64,000 nt of DNA from positions 32,001 through 96,000 of the forward strand of contig CAVTJJ010000002.1 in NCBI GenBank assembly GCA_963735035.1. The letters run 5' to 3'. The stretch is from an uncultured candidate division Zixibacteria bacterium (GTDB lineage Bacteria; Zixibacteria; MSB-5A5; GN15; FEB-12). A program made the translations under genes and the position numbers. Below are positions 11,291 through 21,788 of the stretch, one piece after another. Each line of letters starts with the position of its first letter. The stretch's first letter is position 1. The notes under the pieces were generated by a model that saw only the letters and a list, made by a program, of their open reading frames with translations, was not told the DNA's origin and made no database searches.

Positions 11291-12705
11291 TTGCGGCCCC
11301 CGGGGTCCGGTCCCATAAACGACGTAGTCAGTCTTTCCAGAACATCGGTGCCACTCAGAATTTCGATTTGTACTAGGGTCGAAGCGCTGAACAGTTGGGT
11401 GCGAGGGATGTCAACAAAGAACGCCGATTCGATCACACCTTCCGGGGCGATTACCAGATCGCCGCCGACCATTGAAATAGCCCCACCTTTGGGAGCTGTC
11501 AGTTGGAGCTGCACGGGAATTTCTTTGAAGGTCTTGTTTACCAGCCTCAGCGTGTAGAGATTTCTGATCGTTCCCGGCACCGTTTCATAATAGAGCGTTC
11601 CCGGCGGACGCAGGATAGTAGCCTGAACATCGGACCGGGTCACGAGTAGAGTCGTCAGGATAGTCGCGAGCGCGACGAAAGCCAGCGAATACACGACCAC
11701 CCTGCCAGTCAGACGGAAACCGCGCTGCATTTTCAGTCGGGCTTCCGAGGTGTATCGGATCAATCCCTCGGGCAGGCCGACCCGGCGCATGATGCCGTTA
11801 CAGGCATCGATGCAGGCCGCACAATTGACACATTCGAGCTGGGTGCCGTTGCGTATATCAATACCGGTCGGGCAGACCGCCACACAGGCGCTGCAGGCCA
11901 CACAGTCGCCCAGTCCGGACCGATCTTGTCCTTTCTGGAATTTCGTCCTGGGTTCACCCCGACCGTAATCGTACGCCACCTGAATGGAATTCGTATCGAG
12001 CAGGACCCCCTGCAGCCGCCCGTAGGGACAGACCATAGTACACGCCTGTTCCCTGAACCAGGAAAACACGCCGAAGAACAGTAGCGTGAATACTACAATC
12101 GCAATAAACCCAACCACGTGTTCGGCTACCGGCTGGCTCATGATGTGGAACAGGACATCAACACCTATGATGTACGCCAGAAGAAGATTACAGATCACGA
12201 ACGAGAGGACAAAGAAGATCCCCTGTTTGAGTATCCACTTGGCCAGCTTGACTTCGGTCCAGGGGCCTTCGCGCAGTTTGCGTTGTTTCGCCGGACCTCC
12301 GTCGATCCAATACTCGATTCGACGGAAGACTATTTCCATAAACACTGTCTGAGGACAAATCCAGCCGCAGAAGAGGCGCCCGAAGATCGCCGTAAAGAGC
12401 ACTATGAAAATCAACAGCGTCAGGATCGCCAATACGAAGAGATAGAAATCCTGCGGACGAAACACGAGTCCGAAAATGATGAAGTTTCGGCTGAGTAAAT
12501 CAAGCAAGACTAACGGCTGGCCGTGGAGCTTAATGAACGGCGCAGCAAACAGAAATACGAGCAGCCCGACCGCCACCAGCGTCCGCGCGGTGTACAGACG
12601 CCCTTTCGGCTGAAGCGGATAGACCCAGAGCCGTCGACCAGTGCGGTCGGCGGTGGCGATCTTGTCTCTGAAGCTATCCGGCTCTTTCCCGGTGTCAGCG
12701 GTCAC
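11287..12705 (-). CDS. ccoG: cbb3 oxidase accessory Fe-S protein CcoG/FixG
   Basis: GRLFCGWICPQTVF, CPYGRLQ, YDYGRGEPR, DCVACSACVAVCPTGIDIRNG, ECVNCAACIDAC. Confidence 0.96.
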   Translation of the reverse strand: MTADTGKEPDSFRDKIATADRTGRRLWVYPLQPKGRLYTARTLVAVGLLVFLFAAPFIKLHGQPLVLLDLLSRNFIIFGLVFRPQDFYLFVLAILTLLIFIVLFTAIFGRLFCGWICPQTVFMEIVFRRIEYWIDGGPAKQRKLREGPWTEVKLAKWILKQGIFFVLSFVICNLLLAYIIGVDVLFHIMSQPVAEHVVGFIAIVVFTLLFFGVFSWFREQACTMVCPYGRLQGVLLDTNSIQVAYDYGRGEPRTKFQKGQDRSGLGDCVACSACVAVCPTGIDIRNGTQLECVNCAACIDACNGIMRRVGLPEGLIRYTSEARLKMQRGFRLTGRVVVYSLAFVALATILTTLLVTRSDVQATILRPPGTLYYETVPGTIRNLYTLRLVNKTFKEIPVQLQLTAPKGGAISMVGGDLVIAPEGVIESAFFVDIPRTQLFSASTLVQIEILSGTDVLERLTTSFMGPDPGGRK

Positions 12706-12714
12706 ATTCCATCC

Positions 12715-13386
12715 TCAATAAGTCACTAAATCACCCTGCGGCGCGCGCGCATTCGGTGGATTGGAGCCGCGCAGGGTCAGGATATAGCTGGCGACGTTGA
12801 TAATTTCGTTCTCCTTGAGTGTGCCCAACCAGGCAATCATCCCCTTGGCGGGCCAACCGTACTTGACGGTCCGCACGAGGTCAGAAATCTTGCCTCCGTG
12901 AATCCAGTAGTCGTCGGTCAGGTTCGGTCCTACTCCTCCCTCACCCAGCTTGCCGTGACATTGGGCGCAAATCGTAACGAAAGTCTTGTGCCCGCTCGCC
13001 AGAAGATTCGGATCGGTTACCGCCAGGTACGTGACCGTATCATTCTCGCGGGTCATGAAGACAACCGCTTTTTGCGGTCCGGCCAGAAGGTCCATGCGAG
13101 GCGTTCGGTCACCTCCCGGTTGATACAACGGTGAACGATACTCCGGCAGCACTCCCAGCACACGATTGTCGGCCGTGGACACTCTTCGATAGTTCGGATC
13201 CATCTCCTGACGGTATTGATCGTCCTGAAGATACCCAACTCGCAAGACATGGTAGTAGGCCATGTAGAGCACGGCGAATACTATCGTGGCATAGAATAGA
13301 TACAGCCACCAGCGCGGCAGGAAATTGTCCAACTCCTGGATGCCGTCGTATTCGTGATTTATCGGATCGTCTTTAGGTTCGTTCAT
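12715..13386 (-). CDS. ccoP: cbb3-type cytochrome c oxidase subunit III (single heme motif)
   Basis: HEYDGIQELDN.LPRWW, one CAQCH, GPNLTDDYWIHGG. Confidence 0.93.
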   Translation of the reverse strand: MNEPKDDPINHEYDGIQELDNFLPRWWLYLFYATIVFAVLYMAYYHVLRVGYLQDDQYRQEMDPNYRRVSTADNRVLGVLPEYRSPLYQPGGDRTPRMDLLAGPQKAVVFMTRENDTVTYLAVTDPNLLASGHKTFVTICAQCHGKLGEGGVGPNLTDDYWIHGGKISDLVRTVKYGWPAKGMIAWLGTLKENEIINVASYILTLRGSNPPNARAPQGDLVTY

Positions 13387-13607
13387 AGTTTCGTCCTTCC
13401 GATCTCACGGGCAGTGTCTACTGGAGTCGGGGCGCCGAGTTCCCCACTCGGACTATCAAGCGGTAGTCGGCTCGCGTGTTCGACCTCATCGGGTCGCATC
13501 CGCCAGGTGGTAATGAGTATCACGAGAAAACCGCCCAGGCAGAGAAAGAGACCCAGCAGCGGGAAGATCGCCACACTCTCAATCGATTTGAGTACTTCCT
13601 GAATCAT
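13383..13607 (-). CDS. ccoQ: cbb3-type oxidase subunit IV (CcoQ-like)
   Basis: Short single-TM protein with S.LPL after the helix, located between ccoO and ccoP. Confidence 0.75.
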   Translation of the reverse strand: MIQEVLKSIESVAIFPLLGLFLCLGGFLVILITTWRMRPDEVEHASRLPLDSPSGELGAPTPVDTAREIGRTKL

Positions 13608-13625
13608 CGTATCTCCAAGTGACTC

Positions 13626-15757
13626 CTATGGCACCGCCGGCGTCTGAGTCTTGATATCGATTCCTAACCGCTGCAGATATGCGATAAGCGCTATCAGTTT
13701 CGACTGCGGATCGGCCGTAATTTGGGCGGCGCTCAGACCGAGAACTATCTTGTCCGCCTGAGCTTTCATGTCGGCGACCGCGAGAGTGTCATAGCCGTCC
13801 GGGTACGGCACACCGAGCTTCCGCATCACCCTGATCTTAGTCGGTGTATCGGACGCATCTACCTTCTGCGTGGCCAGCCAGAGGAAACGAGGCATGATCG
13901 ACCCCGGCGACATCGTGGTGGGATCGATCAAATGATTCCAATGCCAGGCATCGGGGAACTTGCCCCCTTCGCGATGCAAATCCGGCCCCGTTCGCTTGGA
14001 GCCCCACTGGAACGGATGATCGTAAACATACTCACCGGCCTTCGAATACTCGCCGTAGCGCTCGGTTTCGGAACGGAACGGCCGCACCATCTGCGAATGA
14101 CAATTGTAGCACCCTTCTGATACGTAGATATCCCGTCCTTCGAGCTCAAGCGGTGTATAGGGCTGCACGGCTTTGATACTCGGTATATTCGATCGTATCA
14201 AGAAGGTGGGTATGGCCTCGACCAGACCGCCAAAGGCCACCGCCACCAGCGCCAGGACCAGGAACAGAACCGGCTTCCTTTCCAGAATGCGATGTCTGTA
14301 CGGATCGTGTCCTTCGTGCGGGGCGAGCTTCTCCAGTGCGGGGGCTTCAGCTGCTTCATCTCTAATCAGCACCCCCTGTCTCATTGTCTTTGACAAGTTG
14401 TAGACACCGATTACCGTTCCCGACAGGAAGAGAAAGCCGCCGGTGGCACGAATGACGTACATCGGGATTATCTGAAGCACCGTCTCAAGGAAGTTCGGAT
14501 ACTGCAGGAAACCTTCGGGAGAGAACTGCTTCCACATCAGACTCTGAGTAATGCCGGCAAAGTACATCGGCAGCACGTAGACCAGAATGCCGAGAAAACT
14601 GATCCAGAAATGGTACTCAGCCAGCTTCTTCGAGAACAGTTGGGTACCGAACAATCGTGGTACCATCCAATAGAGCATCCCGAACGTCAGGAATCCGTTC
14701 CATCCGAGCGCCCCGACGTGTACGTGGGCGACGGTCCAATCGGTATAATGCGATATGGCGTTGACCGACTTGATAGCCAGCATCGGTCCCTTCGAACGTA
14801 GCCATCCCGTAGGCCGTCACGGCCACTACGAAGAATTTCAGAGTGGCATCATCGCGCACTTTGTCCCACGCCCCGCGGAGCGTCATCAGGCCGTTCAGCA
14901 TGCCACCCCATGAAGGGGCAATCAGCATCAAGGAGAACACCATACCCAGCGACTGCGCCCAATCAGGCAATGCGGTGTAGAGCAAATGATGTGGCCCGGC
15001 CCAGATGTAGATGAATATCAGCGACCAGAAATGAACTATCGACAGACGATACGAAAACACCGGACGATTAGCCGCTTTCGGCAGGTAGTAGTACATCAAC
15101 CCGAGGAAACGGCGTGGTCAGGAAGAATGCCACCGCGTTGTGACCGTACCACCATTGTACAAGGGCGTCCTGCACCCCGGCGTAGATCGGGTAACTCTTG
15201 AGAAATGAGACCGGCAGTTCGAGCGAATTGACAATGTGAAGCAGCGCCACTGTCACGAAGGTCGAGATGTAGAACCAGATTGACACGTACATATGTCGTT
15301 CGCGCCGTTTGAAAATTGTCCCGAACATGTTCCACCCGAAAACGACCCAGATGACGGCTATAGCAATATCAATCGGCCACTCCAGTTCGGCATATTCTTT
15401 GCCGACCGAAATGCCGTTCACGAGTGTCAAAGCGGCGGCAACGATGATGATCTGCCAGCCCCAGAAGTTGATTTTGCTCAGGAGATCGCTGTACATGCGG
15501 GCCTTGCACAGGCGCTGCAGCGAGTAATAGACACCCGCAAAGATAGCATTGCCCACGAAAGCGAAAATGACCGCATTGGTGTGCAGCGGCCGGATACGGC
15601 TGAACGTGGTCGGCCCGAAACCGAAATTCAACTGAGGCAAAAACAACTGCGTAGCCGCGAGCAGCCCCACGGTCATACCTACCACACCCCAGACAATCGT
15701 GGCAATGCTGAAATTCCTTACGATCGTATTGTCATACTTGAACGACTCTACCGCCAT
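13626..15757 (-). CDS. ccoN: Fused cbb3-type oxidase subunits I and II (CcoN-CcoO), split by two apparent +1 homopolymer frameshifts
   Basis: Three track ORFs tile one protein: [42 protein letters not shown], then Cco[14 protein letters not shown] and [10 protein letters not shown]. Removing one base at about 15108 and at about 14789 restores PFLGLMYYY and TFEGPMLAIK. Confidence 0.93.
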
Positions 15758-15769
15758 GCGATCGCGCTC

Positions 15770-15937
15770 CTACTGATGTTCTCGTTTATGTCTCTCTGTT
15801 CCAGATCCAAATAGCATCCTGAAAGCGGGCGTGCTCAAATCGTCGAACTGGCCCTTTCGAAGCGCCCAGATAAACGCCGCCAGGAAACCGGCTGCCGCCA
15901 GAATCGAGAAACCTATCAGGACAACCATTACTTCCAT
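15770..15937 (-). CDS. ccoS: cbb3 oxidase maturation protein CcoS/FixS (55 aa)
   Basis: Not in the ORF track. Manual translation: MEVMVVLIGFSILAAAGFLAAFIWALRKGQFDDLSTPAFRMLFGSGTERHKREHQ, with the GQFDD..TPA.RML signature. Confidence 0.92.
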   Translation of the reverse strand: MEVMVVLIGFSILAAAGFLAAFIWALRKGQFDDLSTPAFRMLFGSGTERHKREHQ

Positions 15938-15939
15938 GT

Positions 15940-18386
15940 TCAGATCACCCCCCTGCGACGCGCCAGGTAACCGGTCGCGAGCGTTGAAAAAAGCACCACC
16001 GTAGCGGAACTGGCCGGCATGAGCACCGCCGCCAGCACCGGCGAAAGCCGCCCCTGAACCGCAAAGGCCAACCCGATCAAATTGTACGCCAGTGAAATCC
16101 CAAAACTGATTTTGATCACGGTCACCGTGCCCCGCGCCAGACTGATCATGTCAGGCAGACGGTGGAAACTTCGCGCGCCAAGCACGGCGTCAGAGGCCGG
16201 CGTGAAAGCAGCATCATCTTCGACCACGGTCACACCGACAGCGGCCGACCTGAGAGCGCCGGCGTCGTTCAGCCCGTCCCCCACCATAATCACCCTTTCG
16301 CCCGCCTGAACCATACGATTAACATAACGAAGCTTATCCGACGGCGACTGCTTAAAAAACAGCGCCACATCGGGCCCGACAACTTCCTGCACCCTGACCC
16401 GATCCCCCTCATGATCGCCCGAGATCAGCGAGAGCTTCAGTTTGGTAGCCAACTCTGCCACCACTTGTTTCAGCCCGGGACGGAACTGGTTAGCGAAAAG
16501 AAAGTGACCTCGTACGACACCGTCAAACGCGACAAACACGGTATTGGATTGGACTCATCGTCGGCTGGACCAAGCCCCAGATATTCAGCCGAACCGATTC
16601 GAACGCTGTGACCGTCAATCGCACCCCCAAGCCCCATTCCGGGCACTTCTTCAAAATTGTCCACCGCGCTTCCGTTGCTGTCGGTCAGCAAGGCACACAG
16701 GCGGATTGACAACGGGTGCGACGATTGACGGACCAGAGCGTGTATGGCCGCCTTCTCCTGCGCTTGCAGCGGTTGCCCGACAAACTGAGGCTCGGACGCG
16801 CCCGACTGTGTGATCGTGCCGGTCTTATCGAATACAAGCGCCGTGCATCCCGCGAGAGATTCGACGACCGAAGAATCCTTGAGAAAGAATCTCGCCCGTC
16901 CCATCAGGCGCTGAGCGGTACCGAGAGCAAATGGCGAAGCCAGCGCCAGCGCGCACGGACAAGCCACGATCAGAACTGACAACGCGGCAAACCAGGCTTT
17001 CGACGGATTAACCGCCAGCCAGAACACCGTTGTGGCCGCAGCGACGATCAATACTGCGGGGGTGAAATATCGTCCGGCCCTATTGGACAGCGTGCCGAGC
17101 CTCGGCTGCTGTGCGACCAGCGATTCGGCTTCTTCCCAGAGTTGAAGGAGATAGCTTCGCGACGGTTCCCGGGTCACTTCGACTTCAATCACCGATCCGA
17201 TCTGCCGCCCTCCCGCGTTAAGCCGATCGCCGGTACTGAGCCTGATCGCCTCGGATTCGCCCGTCACAAAACCGTAGTCAATTTCTGCCACACCGCCTCG
17301 AAGAATTCCGTCCGCCGGGACGATCTCCCCGTTTCGAATTATCAAGGTGTCGCCGATATTGATTTCCTCAAGCGGGACACTTTCCTCGCCCGACTCGACT
17401 TTGCGCATTACGGCGATGGGAAGATAGGATCGATAACCCCGGTAGAACGACAATGCGAAATACGTCTTCTTTTGATACAGCCGCCCAATCAGCAGGAGGA
17501 ATATGAGCGCACAGAGCGAGTCCATGTACCCCGCGCCATTGACAACCAGAACTTCGTAAACCGAATAGACAAACGTCACCGCAATGCCAAGCGCAATGGG
17601 CACATCCATGTTGAGCTGACGCTGCTTCAGACCGCGCAGGGCGGGCCGGAAGAATTCGAGCGCGCTGTAGAAAGTCGTTGCCGCCGCCAGAAGAATTTTC
17701 AGATAGTCCAGAACGTGACTTACCGGTATTTCAGTTGTCCCCTCCAGACCCAGATAACGCGGGAAGCTAAGAAGCATGACATTTCCGGCGGCGAATCCGG
17801 CCACGGCAAGACGACCATAGAGTTGACGATAAGAACGGTCCGGCTTGCTCTTGTCCAGATCGGACAGACTTATTTCTGGCTCATACCCGATTGATGCCAG
17901 CAACGTTACCAGTCTACTAAGCGGGAGTTTCTCAAGCTCGAACGATAGGGAAACCTGCCGCCTCCCAAAATCAACTCGCGAAGATATCACACTAGAATTC
18001 AGCCTATGCAGGTTTTCTATCAGCCAGATACACGAACTGCAGTGTATTTGTGGGACGGAAAAAGTCACCCGTGCCGTCCGGCCATCGTTGAAATCGAGCA
18101 GGCGATCCCGCACACTATCGCGGTCGAGATAGGCGAACCGCTCCGTCTTGCGAGCCAGATCAGGCTTTAGGCCGGGGCGCTCTTCGAAACTGTAATACGT
18201 CCCCAGCCCGCTCGTGTGAAGTAATCCGTATACCGTCTGACAGCCGGCACAGCAAAAATATAGTCCGTCAGATTCGAAACTCCCTTGCCCGCACGGATCA
18301 CCGCAATGGCTGCACACCGCCGCTACGCCGGATTCTTGAGTCTCAATTGTACTTGCCGTCTTGCCGGACATTTCTGCTCTCTTCAC
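15940..18386 (-). CDS. ccoI: Copper-type P1B ATPase CcoI/FixI, frameshifted near 16544-16553
   Basis: CSHCG/FCCAGC, IHCSSC, TGES, ACPCAL and FDKTGT in ORF 16470-18386; MVGDGLNDAGAL, YN and MPASS in ORF 15940-16539. Confidence 0.9.
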
Positions 18387-18418
18387 GACAATACGCGACT
18401 ACAGATTACCGTCCCAAT

Positions 18419-18483
18419 CTCGTACACGTGCCCGGCAGATGCCAACTCGTACACGTGCCCGGCAGATGCCTACATCTGCCGGG
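18419..18483. repeat. Tandem 25-nt duplication plus REP-like hairpin (family A)
   Basis: CTCGTACACGTGCCCGGCAGATGCC at 18419 and 18446. The second copy closes the stem CCCGGCAGATG-CCTA-CATCTGCCGGG; the same hairpin recurs at about 26183 and 39925. Confidence 0.85.
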
Positions 18484-18671
18484 TTCAAGTACGACACCGG
18501 GCGATCCACTTTCCTGGCTCGAAGGATCCGTCAATACTGTACTATTCCAGTCCATCATATCCAAACATACGATATTCTTGTCTGTTCGGCAACCTTTGCC
18601 GTTGATCCTTGTTCGACATCCTATTACGATAGGCTTCAGTCAGGCCCTGAGTCAACGAAAAGGAAGCTCAC

Positions 18672-19256
18672 ATGAAAGAACGAAAGCTGACGATCCCGGA
18701 AGGTTATAACCCGTCCTCACAGCGCATCATAGCCCTCTTCGCGGCGCAACTCGATGAACAGCTTCGCAAGCTGAAAGAAGCCGTAGCAGAGCTGAACACG
18801 ACCCAGCTCGAATGGCAGCCGCACCCCGGTTTCAATACGGTCGGAATGCTTCTCGCCCACCTGGCTGTGGTGGACGTCTTCTGGATTGTTGTCGCTCCCG
18901 CCGAGATACCGCTCGAATCGGACGGCGACAACCTAATCCTGAAAACCATCGGCATTCGGATGGACGACGACGGTCTCCCGCTGGCCGCCGACGGCCGTCA
19001 CCCCGCAAGCCTGTCGGGCAAGAGCCCGGGCGACTATCTGGACATGCTGGACAAAGCACGCCGCTCAGTGCATGCCACCCTGAAGGAATGGAAAGACACC
19101 GAGTTGGATTCCCCTTACAAGAACCGCGACTTTTCAATCACACGGTCATGGACACTCTATCATGTGTTGGAGCATTTCGCCGCGCACTTGGGGCAGATTC
19201 AACTGCTTAAGCACTTGATGCGAGACGCGGGGGTACTGGAGAAGAAGACGGCTTAG
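18672..19256 (+). CDS. DinB/DUF664 family protein
   Basis: NTVGMLLAHLA and WTLYHVLEHFAAHLGQI His motifs; AAGGA RBS upstream. Confidence 0.85.
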   Translation: MKERKLTIPEGYNPSSQRIIALFAAQLDEQLRKLKEAVAELNTTQLEWQPHPGFNTVGMLLAHLAVVDVFWIVVAPAEIPLESDGDNLILKTIGIRMDDDGLPLAADGRHPASLSGKSPGDYLDMLDKARRSVHATLKEWKDTELDSPYKNRDFSITRSWTLYHVLEHFAAHLGQIQLLKHLMRDAGVLEKKTA

Positions 19257-19381
19257 CGAAACTGGGTTGCTCACCCTTTGTGCGTGCTGGCAAAGCCTCT
19301 TCGCCGTCATCGCAAGTCTCGGTCCGGGTGGGATCGTACCTTAGTCTGACTCAGGCTTCCGGGACCTCACCATGAATGGCC

Positions 19382-19697
19382 TGTTGAAAAAGCCTGTCTA
19401 ATCGTCATTGCGAGCGGAGATGGCCCGCCGCTAGGCGGGACGCCGTAGCGCGGCAATCTCAAGCACGTTGTGGCATCGTCATTTGAGATCGCCACGTCTC
19501 GCCCGCGAAGCGCGGTCGAGACTCGCGATGACGGGGAAGGGACTTCTTCAAAAGGCCATGAACGGTGGCCACTATACAAGTCGCCGCCTAAATGCAATGC
19601 GGCAGGTCACACGCCGCCTTCGGCGACGCAAGACCTGCCGCAACAAAGTTCCAACCCCACCATAAATGGTGGGCCACCAGAGATAGGCTTTTCAACA
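19382..19697. mobile_element. Putative MITE-like composite element
   Basis: Imperfect terminal inverted repeats TGTTGAAAAAGCCTGTCT (19382) and AGATAGGCTTTTCAACA (19681) enclose a CGTCATTGCGAG...GGCAATCTCAA...TTGAGATCGCC...CTCGCGATGACG palindromic element and a GTGGGCCACC hairpin. No credible ORF inside. Confidence 0.55.
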
Positions 19698-19721
19698 ATC
19701 CCGCGGAGCGCCAGACCTCGC

Positions 19722-20990
19722 CTAAACCGTCCCCTCAGAAGGAACAGAGCCGCCGGCAACATCAATATCCCGCGTGCGATGACCGGTGTCGTGCGGCGAC
19801 TCCTCAGGCATCCACGGCGGCAAAAGCTTGGCCAGGCCCCAGAGGATGAACACCGGCAGCAAGAGTAGTGCGACCGCTACCAGTAATCCTTCCACTCCGA
19901 AGAAGCCCAGCTTGTAGGTCGTAAGGCCACGCAGAGATTTCGAGAAGAGCTGCCCACCGATAACCACATTCCAGCGAGTAGCGAAGATACCCACCTGCAC
20001 CAGAACGGCCGCGATCAAATAGAACATTCGGCGCATCTCGTCGGGTATCCGGCCAAAACGGGCAAAGATAAGTGTCAGCACCGGCAGGGCCGAGCCGATC
20101 AAGAGCTGCGTAACGATTAGACTGATAAACAACCGGCTGGAAATCATCTGCGACAGAATCGTTATCGATTCCTCTGATTCGTAAAGCCGGTGAATGAAAT
20201 CCAGCATTTCAAGCGAGAGATCGACAATCATCGCATAGAGCAGCAACTCCGCCAGTTTATTCAGACACGGCATGCTGATACGGCGCCACCGTACAAGCGA
20301 CGTTATCACGTAGACCAGAAGCACCAGCGCGATACCCGAAACAATCGCGGAGAACAGGAACACGATCGGCATCAACACCGAACTCCACCAGGGGTTGGCC
20401 TTCACCGAACCAAAGATAAAGCCGACATAGCCGTGCAACAGAAACGCCGACGGAATCCCCAGGATCGTAATGAACTTGCACACCTTCTGGTCCAGCGCGA
20501 CTGCCTTGTCGGAGATATCCGTAACGCCGAGGGTCAGGGCTTTATAGACATAGCGTATGAACCCCTTCTTCTCCCTCGACCAGATTACGATATCTTTCCG
20601 ATAGTCAAACCAGACTTCCAATAACAGCACTACCATCAGATACCATGCGTAGACGAATCCAAACATCGCCATGGCTGACGACGTGTGAGGCGTCAGGAAC
20701 ATCTCCGGTGAGCGTTCCGGATGGCCCAGGTGCGCCAGAAGCGGCAGCGGGGCGGCGATGAGAAAAGCCAGCGACGTAATCAACGCCAGGCGATAGATTG
20801 GCTGAAGCACCTTAACATTGAATACCTTCTCCAGCGACGCCAGGATAAACGCGCCCGCCACCAATCCGGTCAGGTACGGGTAGAGAACGATATGAATGGA
20901 CCAGTGCAATTCGTATTCGTTGGGAAACACATAACCTTCAGCGCCAGGTATGGCCTGAATGATCATTGTAAGAAGCATTGTCAGGGGCAT
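19722..20990 (-). CDS. NrfD/PsrC family membrane quinol-interacting subunit
   Basis: WSIHIVLYPYLTGLVAGAF, HLGHPER, LHGYVGFIFGSVKA, RWNVVIGGQ. Confidence 0.9.
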   Translation of the reverse strand: MPLTMLLTMIIQAIPGAEGYVFPNEYELHWSIHIVLYPYLTGLVAGAFILASLEKVFNVKVLQPIYRLALITSLAFLIAAPLPLLAHLGHPERSPEMFLTPHTSSAMAMFGFVYAWYLMVVLLLEVWFDYRKDIVIWSREKKGFIRYVYKALTLGVTDISDKAVALDQKVCKFITILGIPSAFLLHGYVGFIFGSVKANPWWSSVLMPIVFLFSAIVSGIALVLLVYVITSLVRWRRISMPCLNKLAELLLYAMIVDLSLEMLDFIHRLYESEESITILSQMISSRLFISLIVTQLLIGSALPVLTLIFARFGRIPDEMRRMFYLIAAVLVQVGIFATRWNVVIGGQLFSKSLRGLTTYKLGFFGVEGLLVAVALLLLPVFILWGLAKLLPPWMPEESPHDTGHRTRDIDVAGGSVPSEGTV

Positions 20991-20993
20991 GGC

Positions 20994-21788
20994 CTAGATT
21001 ACCTCCCCGTCAGCGCCCGCATAGAACACGTTGGGATCGGTGTTCAAGTAGGGCTTTAGACACGTAATTTCATTGAAACGCAGGAATCGATGCAACGGTG
21101 AGCTCTTGTGACCAACCTCGCCAAATACCCGCGCCTTAGTCGGACAAACTTCCACACAGGCCGGCTGCAAACCTTTCGTGATGCGGTGGTAACAGAACGT
21201 GCACTTGTCGGCTACCTGCTTCTCCGGATGCAGGTAGCGCGCTCCGTAAGGACAGGCCTGGATGCAATAGCGGCAGCCCACACAGTAGGTCTCGTCCACC
21301 AGCACCACCCCGTCCCGGCTCAGGAAAGTCGCCCCGACCGGACAGACTTGAACACAGGGGGCTTTCCGGCAATGATTGCAGAGTTTCGGCACGAAGAACG
21401 ACCGGAGCACGTCGCTGCCTTCGTTCAGCGGCGGGAAACCGTCAATGCCGCCGTTCGGGCTGTCGACTTCGGTTTCCCGGTCTGACGATATGACATAACG
21501 CTCCACCCAGGTTCGAAAGAAATGCGGTTCGCGCGGTACTTTGTTCTCGGTCTTGCAGGCGTCCGCACATCGACCGCACCCTATACACTTGTGAATGTCG
21601 ACCCCCATCGCATAGCTATGCTGAGTGGGGTCGTAACCGGAAGCTTCTTCGCCTTCTACGCCTTCAACGCTGGTCGCTTTCGAGAGCGCAATCAGTGCTA
21701 TTATACTCGGGACCTTGATCGAAACGTTCTTCAGGAAGTCCCGTCGGGCCATTCCCGGCTTGTTATCTTCAGGTTGTTCGTTCTTCAT
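20994..21788 (-). CDS. TAT-exported 4Fe-4S protein (NrfC/PsrB family)
   Basis: Start MKNEQ at 21788 overlapping the upstream stop. ARRDFLK, CIGCGRCADAC, CNHCRKAPCVQVCP, CVGCRYCIQACPY, KCTFCYHR. Confidence 0.92.
   Translation of the reverse strand: MKNEQPEDNKPGMARRDFLKNVSIKVPSIIALIALSKATSVEGVEGEEASGYDPTQHSYAMGVDIHKCIGCGRCADACKTENKVPREPHFFRTWVERYVISSDRETEVDSPNGGIDGFPPLNEGSDVLRSFFVPKLCNHCRKAPCVQVCPVGATFLSRDGVVLVDETYCVGCRYCIQACPYGARYLHPEKQVADKCTFCYHRITKGLQPACVEVCPTKARVFGEVGHKSSPLHRFLRFNEITCLKPYLNTDPNVFYAGADGEVI

Noticed and set aside
13626..15757. ccoN as a pseudogene or a three-gene split enzyme
   Set aside because: Both breaks are +1 in short homopolymers and all catalytic motifs are intact; most likely sequencing error.
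18419..18483. Possible mini-CRISPR array
   Set aside because: Only two copies separated by 2 nt, no spacers and no cas genes; belongs to a dispersed REP-like family.
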